Below, one piece after another: positions 26,720 to 36,860 of a DNA stretch of 64,000 bases. Within the stretch, counting starts at the first letter, position 1, and every line of letters starts with the position of its first letter. The DNA is from a virus. The stretch is taken from positions 1 to 64,000 of IMG/VR virus record IMGVR_UViG_3300030098_001779; one strand, written 5' to 3'. Under the pieces are notes generated by a model. The model made no database searches, had not been told where the DNA came from, and saw only the letters and a list, made by a program, of their open reading frames with translations. The translations under genes were made by a program, and so were the position numbers.

Positions 26720-27964
26720 ATGGCATATATTGGAAATCAACCTGCTGAAACACCAGTAAAAGAAATTTTAGAAACCGATATAAAAATTGGTGAAGACGAT
26801 CAAACTAAAATTGACTTTGAAACTGCTAATACAATTAATTTTTATGCTAATAACGCTAAAGAAGTTGTCTTAACAGAGAATAGTCTTACGCCGGGCACAA
26901 GTGATGGAACAGCTCTAGGAACTACAAGTCTTATGTGGTCTGATTTGTTTCTTGCTAGTGGTTCAGTAATAAATTTAAATAATGGTGATGTGACATTAAC
27001 ACATTCTGCTAATACATTAACAGTTGCTGGAGGCACATTAGCCACAGCAGCACTAACAGCTTCTACAGGTACTTTCTCAGGAATCTTAAAAACTGACGAC
27101 ACTACAGAAGCAACATCTACCACTGACGGTTCTTTACAAACAGATGGTGGTTTAAGTGTTGCTAAGGATGCAGTTATGGGAGATGATGTGCTATTATTAT
27201 CAGACAGTGCCGTGCTTAAGTTCGGAGCTGACTCTGATACTACACTTACTCATACAGACGGAACTGGTTTGACTTTAAACAGCACCAACAAGTTAACTTT
27301 TGGGGATGCTGCTTCTTTTATTCAACAGTCAAGTGATGGGGTATTAAGAATAGATGGTGAGGCTACTGTAGATATTAATGCATCTACAGCAGTAACAATT
27401 AGTAATGATCTTAAACTAGATAGTGATTCAGCTGTGTTGGGGTTTGGAGCTGATAATGATGCTACAATAACTCACGCAGATGATGCAGGATTAACATTTA
27501 ATTCTGCCACAACATTTTCATCATCAATAAATTTAGCTTTAGATGCCCATCTTGATAGCACACCGGGTGATGAAAAAGTATCTGGTATAACTGCTACATT
27601 TCAAGCAGGTGAAGCATTAGAAAGAGGAGAGTGTGTATATTTTAAAGCATCAGATTCTAAGATGCATAAAGCTGTAGCAACAGCATCAGCAACTTCAAGA
27701 TGTGTTGCATTAGCAGCAGAAGATCTTTCAGCAGATGCTAATGGTAAATTTTTACTCTATGGTTTTATAGAAGATAATGGTACTTTCCCAGCATATACAG
27801 TTGGAGGCACAATATTTACACCAGAAGCAGAAACATCTTCTCAAAATGTACCTGAACAAACAGCTCCAGATAGTGATGGAGATTTTGTTCAAGTATTAGG
27901 TTTTGCAGTAACAGCAAACAAATTATTTTTTAATCCAAGCAACGATGTAATAGAACACGCATAA
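26720..27964 (+). CDS. Tail fibre protein, module 1
   Basis: MAYIGNQP start; paralog of 29948. Confidence 0.7.
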   Translation: MAYIGNQPAETPVKEILETDIKIGEDDQTKIDFETANTINFYANNAKEVVLTENSLTPGTSDGTALGTTSLMWSDLFLASGSVINLNNGDVTLTHSANTLTVAGGTLATAALTASTGTFSGILKTDDTTEATSTTDGSLQTDGGLSVAKDAVMGDDVLLLSDSAVLKFGADSDTTLTHTDGTGLTLNSTNKLTFGDAASFIQQSSDGVLRIDGEATVDINASTAVTISNDLKLDSDSAVLGFGADNDATITHADDAGLTFNSATTFSSSINLALDAHLDSTPGDEKVSGITATFQAGEALERGECVYFKASDSKMHKAVATASATSRCVALAAEDLSADANGKFLLYGFIEDNGTFPAYTVGGTIFTPEAETSSQNVPEQTAPDSDGDFVQVLGFAVTANKLFFNPSNDVIEHA

Positions 27965-28980
27965 TGGCTAACGAAATAGAAAAAGTAAATGCAAAAGCAA
28001 TAACCAGCATTGAAACATTAAACGGTAAAACAGACTCTAATATTGAAAAAATAAATGGTTTAGAGTTTACAGGTTTATCTGCTGGTACTTGGTCTAGTAG
28101 TAGTGCTGCATTAGGTACTGCTAGAACTAGATTTTATTCTGCACAAGGTTCTACAAGAGCTGCTATGGCAGTAATTGGTGGGCTTAATACAAGTGGATTA
28201 ACAGGTAGATTAGCTACTGAAGAAGAATATGATGGCTCTGGAGACTCTATAAGTAGTGGGCAATCTATTGGTATTTCAGGAATGATGGGGGGTGCTGGCT
28301 CTGCAACAAGTGCTGTAGTAGTAGGTGGAACTGATAATGGAAGCTATGTGGGTAAAAGAGACTCTTACGAATTTAGTGGTGGTAGTTGGTCCTCTATAAC
28401 TAATTTAAGCAAAGTTGTAGGACAAGGACACTACTGTGGTGGTATTTCTGAAAATGATATTATGATGCTTGGTGGTACAGCTAGTGGTGGTTGTGATTTA
28501 GACAATACAAGGTCAGAATCATGGGATGGTAGTAGTTGGACAGTTGAAACTGCCTTTGCTGGAAGCACCTATGGTCCAGCTTATGGATATGGTGGTGGTG
28601 CTGGACATAATGACTTTAGAATGGCTTGTGGTTATTATACACAAGGCACAGGTGGTTGTAGTAGAGCAAATGGACAACAAAACTATTCTTATGATGGTTC
28701 TTCATGGAGCGATGATGGAAATGCAACTACAACTGGTAATAGTGGTTGGGGTGGTGGATCTACAAGCTCTTTTGCGTATTATCACTTTAATGGTAGTGGT
28801 GCTGCTACAACATATCTTTTTGATGGTTCTGCTTGGTCAGCAGGAGGTGCAAATAGTAATGATAGATATGCACCTGACCAAAATCACCAAACAACTAATG
28901 TAGATACAGCATCTTTCGGTGGAGGAACAGGAAGTGGATATAGTGCTGCTTCAACAACAATAAGTTTATATGATAGATAA
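27964..28980 (+). CDS. Kelch/beta-propeller-like virion protein, module 1
   Basis: GG...E(Y/W)DGSSW repeats. Confidence 0.7.
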   Translation: MANEIEKVNAKAITSIETLNGKTDSNIEKINGLEFTGLSAGTWSSSSAALGTARTRFYSAQGSTRAAMAVIGGLNTSGLTGRLATEEEYDGSGDSISSGQSIGISGMMGGAGSATSAVVVGGTDNGSYVGKRDSYEFSGGSWSSITNLSKVVGQGHYCGGISENDIMMLGGTASGGCDLDNTRSESWDGSSWTVETAFAGSTYGPAYGYGGGAGHNDFRMACGYYTQGTGGCSRANGQQNYSYDGSSWSDDGNATTTGNSGWGGGSTSSFAYYHFNGSGAATTYLFDGSAWSAGGANSNDRYAPDQNHQTTNVDTASFGGGTGSGYSAASTTISLYDR

Positions 28981-29279
28981 TGGCTAAATATTACGAATTT
29001 ACAAATTTTACATTTACTACAGGGCAATACAATGGTATGAGCCCTGTTATACTTACGCCTACTTTAGTAAGATTAGAAGAAGGTAGAAGTTTAGATAGAT
29101 GGCTTGCAAATAATACAGGCTACACAGAAAAGACCGAAACAGAAGCTAAGGCATTGTGGAAAACTTATGCTGAAGGGCAACTTGATGAAGATACAAGAGC
29201 CCCAGAACTTGATATTGAACCATCAACACATAGAGTTTTGACTGACTTAGACGGAGCATGGGAGGATATTAATGGATAA
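28980..29279 (+). CDS. Small protein, module 1
   Basis: Positional paralog of 33382. Confidence 0.65.
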   Translation: MAKYYEFTNFTFTTGQYNGMSPVILTPTLVRLEEGRSLDRWLANNTGYTEKTETEAKALWKTYAEGQLDEDTRAPELDIEPSTHRVLTDLDGAWEDING

Positions 29280-29892
29280 TTTTCCAGTATTATCAAAAGA
29301 ACAAAATAAAGAGCTTACAGAATTAAAACAAGAATTAAAAGAAACAGTAGAAAAAAACCAGATATATAGAACAGAAATTCAAATGAGATATTCTGTTTTG
29401 CAAGATGGTAAGCAACCAACTAATGCTGCTAAATATTGGCAATGTGTTAGAGAACAAGCTGCGATGTATGACGAACTTACAAGAGATTCTTTTGCATTTA
29501 GAAATTTAATGATTGATTTAGATGAAGCTAAAGATAAATTAAGTAAAGAATCTAATGAATTTGAAAAACGTAGATTAGAAGTAAAAATAGATGAACTTGA
29601 ATTTAATAAAAATACTATACTTAGAATAGGAAAAGATAGATTTAGAGAAATTAAACTATGGTCAAAATTAAAAAAAGAATTTGATGATGGTAGTTTTGAT
29701 AGCACAAATGTACATGAGTTTGATGTGCAAAAAGAAGCACACCAGATAAGATTAGAAAACAGGGCTGTTACATTAACAAATGGTAGTAATCAAGCAGAAG
29801 TTTTAAATGTTGTTGGACCTTTAGCAACTATGAGTGAAGAACACAAGCATTTATTAGATCCGAAAGAGTTTAAAAAACTTAATAAAAAATAG
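29272..29892 (+). CDS. Coiled-coil protein, module 1 (possible fibre chaperone)
   Basis: YRTE..MRYSVL.DG..PT.A.KYWQ.VREQ shared with 33662. Confidence 0.75.
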   Translation: MDNFPVLSKEQNKELTELKQELKETVEKNQIYRTEIQMRYSVLQDGKQPTNAAKYWQCVREQAAMYDELTRDSFAFRNLMIDLDEAKDKLSKESNEFEKRRLEVKIDELEFNKNTILRIGKDRFREIKLWSKLKKEFDDGSFDSTNVHEFDVQKEAHQIRLENRAVTLTNGSNQAEVLNVVGPLATMSEEHKHLLDPKEFKKLNKK

Positions 29893-29902
29893 TTAAGTAG
29901 TC

Positions 29903-29928
29903 GGAAATCTATAAAAAATAAGTATAAT
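29903..29928 (+). promoter_or_regulatory. Putative late promoter
   Basis: GGAAA-N13-AGTATAAT. Confidence 0.65.
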
Positions 29929-29947
29929 AAAACAAGGAGATTTTATT

Positions 29948-30973
29948 ATGGCATATATAGGTAATAAACCACCAGTTGTAGACAATTTAATAACTGATAT
30001 AAAAATCGGAGAAGATGACGAAACTAAGATAGATTTCGCAGATGCTAATACTATAAACTTTCATGCGAATAACTCGAAAGAAATGGTATTAGTTGAAAAC
30101 GCGTTGACTCCGGGAACAAGCGATGGTATTGCATTAGGTACGACTAGCCTTATGTGGTCCGATCTATTTCTTGCAAGTGGTAGTGTTATAAATTTAAATA
30201 ACGGTGATGTAACACTGACACACTCCGCTAATACCTTGACTGTAGCAGGAGGTACACTTGCGACAGCAGCATTGACTTCAAGCACTATAACTGCGAGTGG
30301 TATTATAAAAACTGATGATACAACAGAAGCTACCTCTACTACAGATGGATCACTTCAGACAGATGGAGGTTTATCAGTAGTAAAAGACGCAGTATTTGGT
30401 GATGATGTCCTATTATTGTCTGATAGTGCTGTGCTTAAATTTGGGGCTGATTCAGAAGCAACAATAACTCATGCAGATGACGCTGGATTAACATTTAACT
30501 CTACTACAACATTTCAAGATGTGGTACTAGCAGATGATAAAACAATTACATTAGCAGATGAAGGTCAATTAATATTTGGGGATACTGCTCCATCAGCAGA
30601 TCATAAAGCAACTGGTGTTGTAGTTTCAATAGCATCAGGTGAGTCAGTAACAGCATTTAACGCTGTATATATTAGAAGCGATGGTGAAGTTGGTCCAGCA
30701 GATGCAGATGCAGCAACAAGTATGCCTGCAATAGGTGTAGCTTTAGAATCAAAGAGTGATGGACAAGCTACTAAAATATTAATATCTGGTGTATTAAGAG
30801 ATGATACATATAACTTTACACCGGGTGCAGATTTATTTATTGGTACAACGGCAGGAGAAATAACTGCAACTGCTCCATCAGGTTCTGGAGATACGGTACA
30901 GAAAATTGGAGTAGCTTTAACAGCAGACTCAATATATGTAAACTTTAATACAACAGAAGTATTATTAGCATAA
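29948..30973 (+). CDS. Tail fibre protein, module 2
   Basis: N-terminal ~170 aa nearly identical to 26720. Confidence 0.7.
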   Translation: MAYIGNKPPVVDNLITDIKIGEDDETKIDFADANTINFHANNSKEMVLVENALTPGTSDGIALGTTSLMWSDLFLASGSVINLNNGDVTLTHSANTLTVAGGTLATAALTSSTITASGIIKTDDTTEATSTTDGSLQTDGGLSVVKDAVFGDDVLLLSDSAVLKFGADSEATITHADDAGLTFNSTTTFQDVVLADDKTITLADEGQLIFGDTAPSADHKATGVVVSIASGESVTAFNAVYIRSDGEVGPADADAATSMPAIGVALESKSDGQATKILISGVLRDDTYNFTPGADLFIGTTAGEITATAPSGSGDTVQKIGVALTADSIYVNFNTTEVLLA

Positions 30974-30982
30974 GGAGAACTT

Positions 30983-33376
30983 ATGGCAGATATAAGTAAA
31001 GTAAATGGTGTTGAAGTCGGCAACATTAGTAAAGTAGATAATGTTGAAACTGGTAATGTAAGTACATTGTTATCAGGTGAGTTTCCTGCACAACAATCAG
31101 ATCCAGCCAATGTTGATATGACATCGGGTGATAATGACCATCCAAATGGCAACACTGCATCAGACCAAACATGGGGTCCAGCATCAACTGTCGCTACGAT
31201 TAGTGGTACACAATATCTTTGTGTTGCTTATGGTGACCAAAACGATGGTGATAAAGCAAAAGTTAGAATTGCAACATGGAATGGTTCTGCATTAAGTTGG
31301 GGAGATGAAACCACTATACATTCATCAGGTTCTTCTTATGCAAATGGTATATGCTTTGACCCGAACAATAATAGAATTATTGGCAGTTTTATGGTTTCTA
31401 ATGGTGGTCAAAATTATAACGACTACCATGCTTACGGAGCAGGTATTGCTACATCAGGTAGTGGGGCTCCAAAATTAGAAAACATAGATGATGTGAGTGA
31501 TGTATATCACCCATACGATGATGGTAGTAGCACTAACTATAACCAAACAGGTAAACACGTTGGTAATGTGATTTATGACGATAATGCTGACAGAGGTTTA
31601 ATGTTTTTTGAAAAAGGTGGTCCTGATAGTGGTTCAAGTCATGGTGGAGATTATCACGATTTCGTAGTGGCTTCCATAACATTTGATGATGTAAGTAGTA
31701 ACAATAATATAACAGTATCAGATTTGTCAGTTGTAAAAGATGAAGGTGACCACGGATACGCAAGTTATGACCAACTTAGGAATAGAGTTGTTTATTTAAC
31801 ACAAGATGAGTCAGGAACTTATCAAGCAGAAGCAGGTACGATAACAGGTACAGGTGCTACGCATACAATTGCAAGCCCTACACAATACGCAGACCAAAGC
31901 GTAATTAATCATGGTAATTTTAGTGGTGGTAGTAGTCTTGCTGGTCATGTATCTGATACTCATATGCAAACTATAGTTTTTGATGATACTAATAATGTAC
32001 ATCATGTTCTTATGTGGGATGATGTGGTAAATGACTGGGTAGTAACTAATTTTTCAGTAGGTGCAGATAACAGTATTACATGGGCAACTTCTAATGGTCA
32101 ACCTCTTAGGTCAAATGGTTTAATAGATCAATTTGCTGGTGCCATGACACAAGGCGAAACAGACCCAACTAATTTTTCGTATAGTCATGGTGATGGGCAA
32201 CCATATTTTTCTTTTGGTTTTGGTTATAGTAGCAAGAGAGGTAGATTAGTAATCACGGGTCCATCATCATCTAACAAAACTAATGTCGTAACAAGAGCAG
32301 TAGGTTTGGTATATAGTCCCACTACTGGTTATAACTATACTGGTAATTATCACGAAATACTTACAAATTCACAAGGTGGGGGTGGTTATCAAATTTCTAC
32401 ACCGAGTGGTAGTCATGCAACAGATGAAACATTTTTAAGTGGTGGAGTATTATTTTTTCATTACAGGCAAAATAGTGCTGTAGGTGGTGTTGTATATGGT
32501 TATGACCCCGGAGTAGGTCAAAGAACTGCTAGTGGTGGAATATTTAGTGCTTCAAATTCAGTTTTATCTACTGCAAGAACTAGATGTAATGGTTTTGGCA
32601 CATCAAGAATCGCTTGTATAGCTGTTGGTGGTTCTAATACAAGTGGTACATATCTAGCATCAACAGAAGAATATAATGGTAGTGTTATAGTGGCAGGTGG
32701 TAATATAGCAACTGCAAAAAATCAACCGGGCTCATGTGGCACATTAACTGCTGGTTTTGTACATGGTGGTTGGACAGGTAGTGGAAGTAAAACATCAGAA
32801 GAATATGATGGTTCATCTTTTACAAGTGGTGGAACATCAAGTTCAATAGGTGGTGATGGTAGTCGTGTAGCAGGAACACAAACTGATGCGTTAGGAGCAG
32901 GTGGATATATTAGTGTTTATAGAGATGATGTAGAATCATATAATGGTTCTTCTTGGTCTACAGAAGCAGACTCACCGGCAAATATAAATTATGGTGGCAT
33001 GGCAGGTACAGGGCATGAAGATGCTTTTTCTTTTGGGGGATATCCGGGTTCTGTTTCATCTGCGACTTACAAATACAACGGCAGTTCTTGGTCAACATTA
33101 AATTCAATGTCTAATGGTCGTTTCAGTTATCAAGGTGGTGGAACAGGAGAAGACTTTTTACTTTTTGGTGGAGATAGAATAGCTAATAATGATGGAGAAA
33201 TATGGAATGGTACAAGTTGGGCAGCTTCTGCTACAAATGGTCTATCTAGTCATGACTTATATTCAGCTACACCAGATACAGACTGTGGTGGAACATCAGC
33301 ATTAGTATCTTTTGGTGGCGGTACTGGTACAGCAACTGGCACTGGACAAAATAAAATAGTACATCACGATAGGTAG
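30983..33376 (+). CDS. Kelch/beta-propeller-like virion protein with inserted domain, module 2
   Basis: C-terminal ~290 aa paralogous to 27964. Confidence 0.7.
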   Translation: MADISKVNGVEVGNISKVDNVETGNVSTLLSGEFPAQQSDPANVDMTSGDNDHPNGNTASDQTWGPASTVATISGTQYLCVAYGDQNDGDKAKVRIATWNGSALSWGDETTIHSSGSSYANGICFDPNNNRIIGSFMVSNGGQNYNDYHAYGAGIATSGSGAPKLENIDDVSDVYHPYDDGSSTNYNQTGKHVGNVIYDDNADRGLMFFEKGGPDSGSSHGGDYHDFVVASITFDDVSSNNNITVSDLSVVKDEGDHGYASYDQLRNRVVYLTQDESGTYQAEAGTITGTGATHTIASPTQYADQSVINHGNFSGGSSLAGHVSDTHMQTIVFDDTNNVHHVLMWDDVVNDWVVTNFSVGADNSITWATSNGQPLRSNGLIDQFAGAMTQGETDPTNFSYSHGDGQPYFSFGFGYSSKRGRLVITGPSSSNKTNVVTRAVGLVYSPTTGYNYTGNYHEILTNSQGGGGYQISTPSGSHATDETFLSGGVLFFHYRQNSAVGGVVYGYDPGVGQRTASGGIFSASNSVLSTARTRCNGFGTSRIACIAVGGSNTSGTYLASTEEYNGSVIVAGGNIATAKNQPGSCGTLTAGFVHGGWTGSGSKTSEEYDGSSFTSGGTSSSIGGDGSRVAGTQTDALGAGGYISVYRDDVESYNGSSWSTEADSPANINYGGMAGTGHEDAFSFGGYPGSVSSATYKYNGSSWSTLNSMSNGRFSYQGGGTGEDFLLFGGDRIANNDGEIWNGTSWAASATNGLSSHDLYSATPDTDCGGTSALVSFGGGTGTATGTGQNKIVHHDR

Positions 33377-33381
33377 GAATT

Positions 33382-33669
33382 ATGATTTATTTTTATGCAC
33401 AACCATTAGAAAATTACAAACACACAGATGCAAAAAGATTTAAACTTACAGGATATCCGGGTGGTATATATAAAGCAATAGATAACGCTGATCATGGTGG
33501 TGGCATAGAACATTGCACAGAATGGGTAGAAAAGTATGGCTACACAATTAAAACAAAAGCAGAAGCACAAGAATTAGTAAATGCTGGTATAATAACCTTA
33601 AATAACTTAATGTCAGATGAAACATTAGGTGGGCAAACACCAGTACAAGGAGGGATAACACTTGAATAA
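33382..33669 (+). CDS. Small protein, module 2
   Basis: W...GYT.KT..EA motif shared with 28980. Confidence 0.65.
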   Translation: MIYFYAQPLENYKHTDAKRFKLTGYPGGIYKAIDNADHGGGIEHCTEWVEKYGYTIKTKAEAQELVNAGIITLNNLMSDETLGGQTPVQGGITLE

Positions 33670-34285
33670 TTTTCCAATGTTAAAAAAAGAAGATAATAAA
33701 TTCTTAAAAGAATTAAAAGCAGAATTAGAAGATACGCATAACAAAGCACAGTTGTATAGAACTGAAACTGAAATGCGTTACTCTGTGCTTAATGACGGTA
33801 GATTTCCTACAAAGGCAAGCAAATATTGGCAAGCTGTAAGAGAACAAAATGTATTTTATACTAATCTTAGAATGGAAGCGTATCAATACAGAAAACTTTT
33901 AGTTGAAATAAAAAAACTAGAGAGAAGTATTGAAAAAGAAAGAGATAATTTAGAATTAGAATTACTAGAAATAGAATTAGAAGAAAAATTGTGGGATAAA
34001 GATGAAAGAGAAAGAATGGGTGCTGACAGAGTGAGAGAAATAGAACACTGGTCTAGAATAAAAAAAGAACTAGATGATGGCACATTTGATACACAAAATG
34101 TTGATACTCATCAAAAAGAATCTCTTAAATTACAATTACAAGAAAGAGCTAAAAACTTGACACCGGGTAGTAGTCAAGGTGAAATGATAAATGTACTTGG
34201 TCCACTAAAAACAATAGATGAAGACTTCAAAAAACAAATTGAAGCACAAGAAAAGGCGATGTTAAATGGCAAAAATAATAGTTAG
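33662..34285 (+). CDS. Coiled-coil protein, module 2
   Basis: TTG start; paralog of 29272. Confidence 0.75.
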   Translation: MNNFPMLKKEDNKFLKELKAELEDTHNKAQLYRTETEMRYSVLNDGRFPTKASKYWQAVREQNVFYTNLRMEAYQYRKLLVEIKKLERSIEKERDNLELELLEIELEEKLWDKDERERMGADRVREIEHWSRIKKELDDGTFDTQNVDTHQKESLKLQLQERAKNLTPGSSQGEMINVLGPLKTIDEDFKKQIEAQEKAMLNGKNNS

Positions 34286-34568
34286 AAATTCAGATAATAA
34301 AGTTCAAGTCCTTGTTCCTAATAGTTCAGATGTGACATTAACAGATACAGAATGTACTTATGTTAAATCGAATGGCATAAAAACTACTGCTATTGATATA
34401 AATAGTACAACACATACTCTAATTGAAGATGTAACAGAACCGACTAAATTTCATGCTAATTGTTTTACATATATTGATGGAACTTGGACAATACTTACTG
34501 ATGCAGTAACAAGTATGAATAAAGGTAGAGCCTTATATGATATACCTGAATTAGAAGTAGAACTTTAG
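34266..34568 (+). CDS. Small tail-associated protein
   Basis: C-terminal FTYIDGTW. Confidence 0.6.
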   Translation: MAKIIVRNSDNKVQVLVPNSSDVTLTDTECTYVKSNGIKTTAIDINSTTHTLIEDVTEPTKFHANCFTYIDGTWTILTDAVTSMNKGRALYDIPELEVEL

Positions 34569-34579
34569 AATAAACGGTT

Positions 34580-34647
34580 GTAAATCTGTATAAATTTAGT
34601 ATAATAATAAGAGGGACTTGACTTGGCTAGGTCAATTATGTTATAAT
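34580..34647 (+). promoter_or_regulatory. Tandem late-type and sigma70-type promoters
   Basis: GTAAA-N13-AGTATAAT (34580-34605), then TTGACT-N18-TATAAT (34618-34647). Confidence 0.6.
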
Positions 34648-34663
34648 ACTCTTAGGAGGAGTA

Positions 34664-35029
34664 ATGAAAAAGCTATACAGTAAATGGTCTGGAGAAGAAT
34701 ATCAAGTTCCAGAGCTAACATATAAAGTTCATTTTAAAAGAACTAAAACAGTAGAAGCAAAAATAAGAAGATATGAAAAGAATAATACTGCTTATTTTTT
34801 AACTACAAATGCTTTAGAAGATAAAAAAATAAAATGGATTGCAAAAGGTAAACATTTTACGCATGAAGGTCTAGATGAAAGAGTTTTTGGTAAAAACGAA
34901 GAACTTTTTATAGATGGATCTGGATGGGTAAGTCAAAATGGTAAACATTTAATATATGGGAGAACTAAAAAACCCATACATATTAAAAATTTAGTTCCAG
35001 AATTATGGACTATAAAGAGAAGAAAATAG
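34664..35029 (+). CDS. Hypothetical basic protein
   Basis: AGGAGG RBS. Confidence 0.75.
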   Translation: MKKLYSKWSGEEYQVPELTYKVHFKRTKTVEAKIRRYEKNNTAYFLTTNALEDKKIKWIAKGKHFTHEGLDERVFGKNEELFIDGSGWVSQNGKHLIYGRTKKPIHIKNLVPELWTIKRRK

Positions 35030-35268
35030 GAGGACATATGTCAGAAATAGATATACAAGGTGATTTAACTTTATTAGAAGCAGAGTTAAAGGCACTAACA
35101 GAACAATTGCAGAAACTAGAAGAACAAAGAGTGCAATTAATAACTAAATTACAACAGTTACAGGGAGCAGCAGCTTATTTAAGAGGTAAACAAGAACCTA
35201 CACCTGATCAAACTGTAGCAGAAGCGTTAGAAGAGAAGAAGGAAGAAGAATCAACTGATAACGAATAG
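35005..35268 (+). CDS. Small coiled-coil protein (likely start 35038)
   Basis: AGGAGG before ATG 35038. Confidence 0.7.
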   Translation: MDYKEKKIGGHMSEIDIQGDLTLLEAELKALTEQLQKLEEQRVQLITKLQQLQGAAAYLRGKQEPTPDQTVAEALEEKKEEESTDNE

Positions 35269-35277
35269 GAGGGCTAA

Positions 35278-36396
35278 ATGCCATCTACTGTAGAACAATA
35301 TTTTGATAAAGTGGAAGTATTTGATGGTAGCTCATTTACAGATAGAACACTAGAGGCACAGTCACCAGCTGGTACAGCATTTGCTATACTAGAGGGAACT
35401 GACGACTTCTTATATCTAGGAGATGCCTCTAAATTTGATATGGCATTATTTGATATTGCTACAGCTGGTAGTTTAGGAACTCTTAAATATGAATACTTTA
35501 ATGGATCTGCTTTCCAAGAATTTATACCCATGTCTGGAACATACCAAAATGATCCTGACGATAATGAAAGCACATCATATGGATTTGGTGAAGATGGAGC
35601 AGAACTATTTCCTGTAAACAGATTAGGAAATTGGGCTGAAACAACTATAAATGGAGAGTCTGCTTTTTGGATTAGAATTAGTAGTCCTACCAGCACATCA
35701 ACGGCACCTACCATAAAGAGTATTAAAAAGCGTGGATTACAAGCATATTGTACTACAGCAGATGTATTTCAACTATTACAGTTAGGAAATGTCATAGGTG
35801 GAGATAATTTTACTTCATCTACAACACCTAGCCTATCTGCAGTAGAAAACTACATCCACGAAGCCCAAGCTAAAATAGATTACTATACTAGAAAGTCATG
35901 GAGACCTAATATAGCTTATCAAGAGTACCATGAATTTAACGTAAATGGTTTTAAATTAGATAGGCTTGATCCATATAAATTAGTAAAGCTACAAATTTGG
36001 AATGGTGCATCTTATGATACTAAAGATCAAGGTAGAACTCAAGACTTTTTCTTAGTACCAAATACAGGAATGGTTCAGTTTTCTAGATATTTTTTACTTC
36101 CTGCAAGATTTACTTCATATAATGCTCCAGTCTTTAGATTTGGAGGAGGTGAATTTACTATGCCTATAAAGGTTACTTATTTTTATGGTCGAGATATAAC
36201 AACAGACGGTAGAGATGGAGCTTTAGTAACAGATTTAACTAAAAAATTAGCAGCTATTGATGTTCTTAGACATGCTGACTACGGTGGAGTATCAGTAAGT
36301 GGTATGGACAGAGTGCAAATAGCTCAAAAAATTGATGCATATACTGCAGAAACAGCAGAGCTTCTAGATTCTCTCCGAGCATTTGAGGTATTTTAA
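35278..36396 (+). CDS. Head-tail adaptor/neck protein
   Basis: YCTTADV...IHEAQAKIDYYT...IKVTYFYG pattern and position. Confidence 0.6.
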   Translation: MPSTVEQYFDKVEVFDGSSFTDRTLEAQSPAGTAFAILEGTDDFLYLGDASKFDMALFDIATAGSLGTLKYEYFNGSAFQEFIPMSGTYQNDPDDNESTSYGFGEDGAELFPVNRLGNWAETTINGESAFWIRISSPTSTSTAPTIKSIKKRGLQAYCTTADVFQLLQLGNVIGGDNFTSSTTPSLSAVENYIHEAQAKIDYYTRKSWRPNIAYQEYHEFNVNGFKLDRLDPYKLVKLQIWNGASYDTKDQGRTQDFFLVPNTGMVQFSRYFLLPARFTSYNAPVFRFGGGEFTMPIKVTYFYGRDITTDGRDGALVTDLTKKLAAIDVLRHADYGGVSVSGMDRVQIAQKIDAYTAETAELLDSLRAFEVF

Positions 36397-36830
36397 TGTC
36401 TAATGAACCAATGGCAGCTAAAGAATTTATTGATGAATTAAATTCTCAGTGGAATTCAAGTAATGTAACTGAACCTAATTACATCGTAGTTACTGGTGCT
36501 AATGAACAAATAAGATATGATCTAAATAAAGGTGATTATATTATTGCTAGACCGGGAACTCAACAAGAAATTCCAATAGGTAACTACAAATATGCTGATA
36601 GAATATATGAAGTTGATTTAGAAGTCTATACAAATAATAGTAGACAGAGATTATATAACTTAATGAAAGAAATAAGAAGAATTTGCCATGTCAGAAGACA
36701 TAGTTTAACTAATTTTCAAAGAATTACATTTCAAAACTTTAGAGAAGATATGGATGAAAATGTAAATGTTTGGAGTGCAACTATAGACATAGAGCTAGTA
36801 AATAGTGCTATTCTGTTGGAAAGTTCGTAA
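36396..36830 (+). CDS. Tail terminator/completion protein
   Basis: Size and position before the tail tube gene. Confidence 0.55.
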   Translation: MSNEPMAAKEFIDELNSQWNSSNVTEPNYIVVTGANEQIRYDLNKGDYIIARPGTQQEIPIGNYKYADRIYEVDLEVYTNNSRQRLYNLMKEIRRICHVRRHSLTNFQRITFQNFREDMDENVNVWSATIDIELVNSAILLESS

Positions 36831-36843
36831 AATTTAGTATAAT
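36818..36843 (+). promoter_or_regulatory. Putative late promoter
   Basis: GGAAA-N13-AGTATAAT. Confidence 0.65.
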
Positions 36844-36860
36844 AATATAAGGAGAACAAT

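Noticed and set aside
26720-33376. Diversity-generating retroelement or shufflon behind the duplicated fibre genes
   Set aside because: No reverse transcriptase or invertase, no inverted copies, and differences are synonymous rather than adenine-specific.
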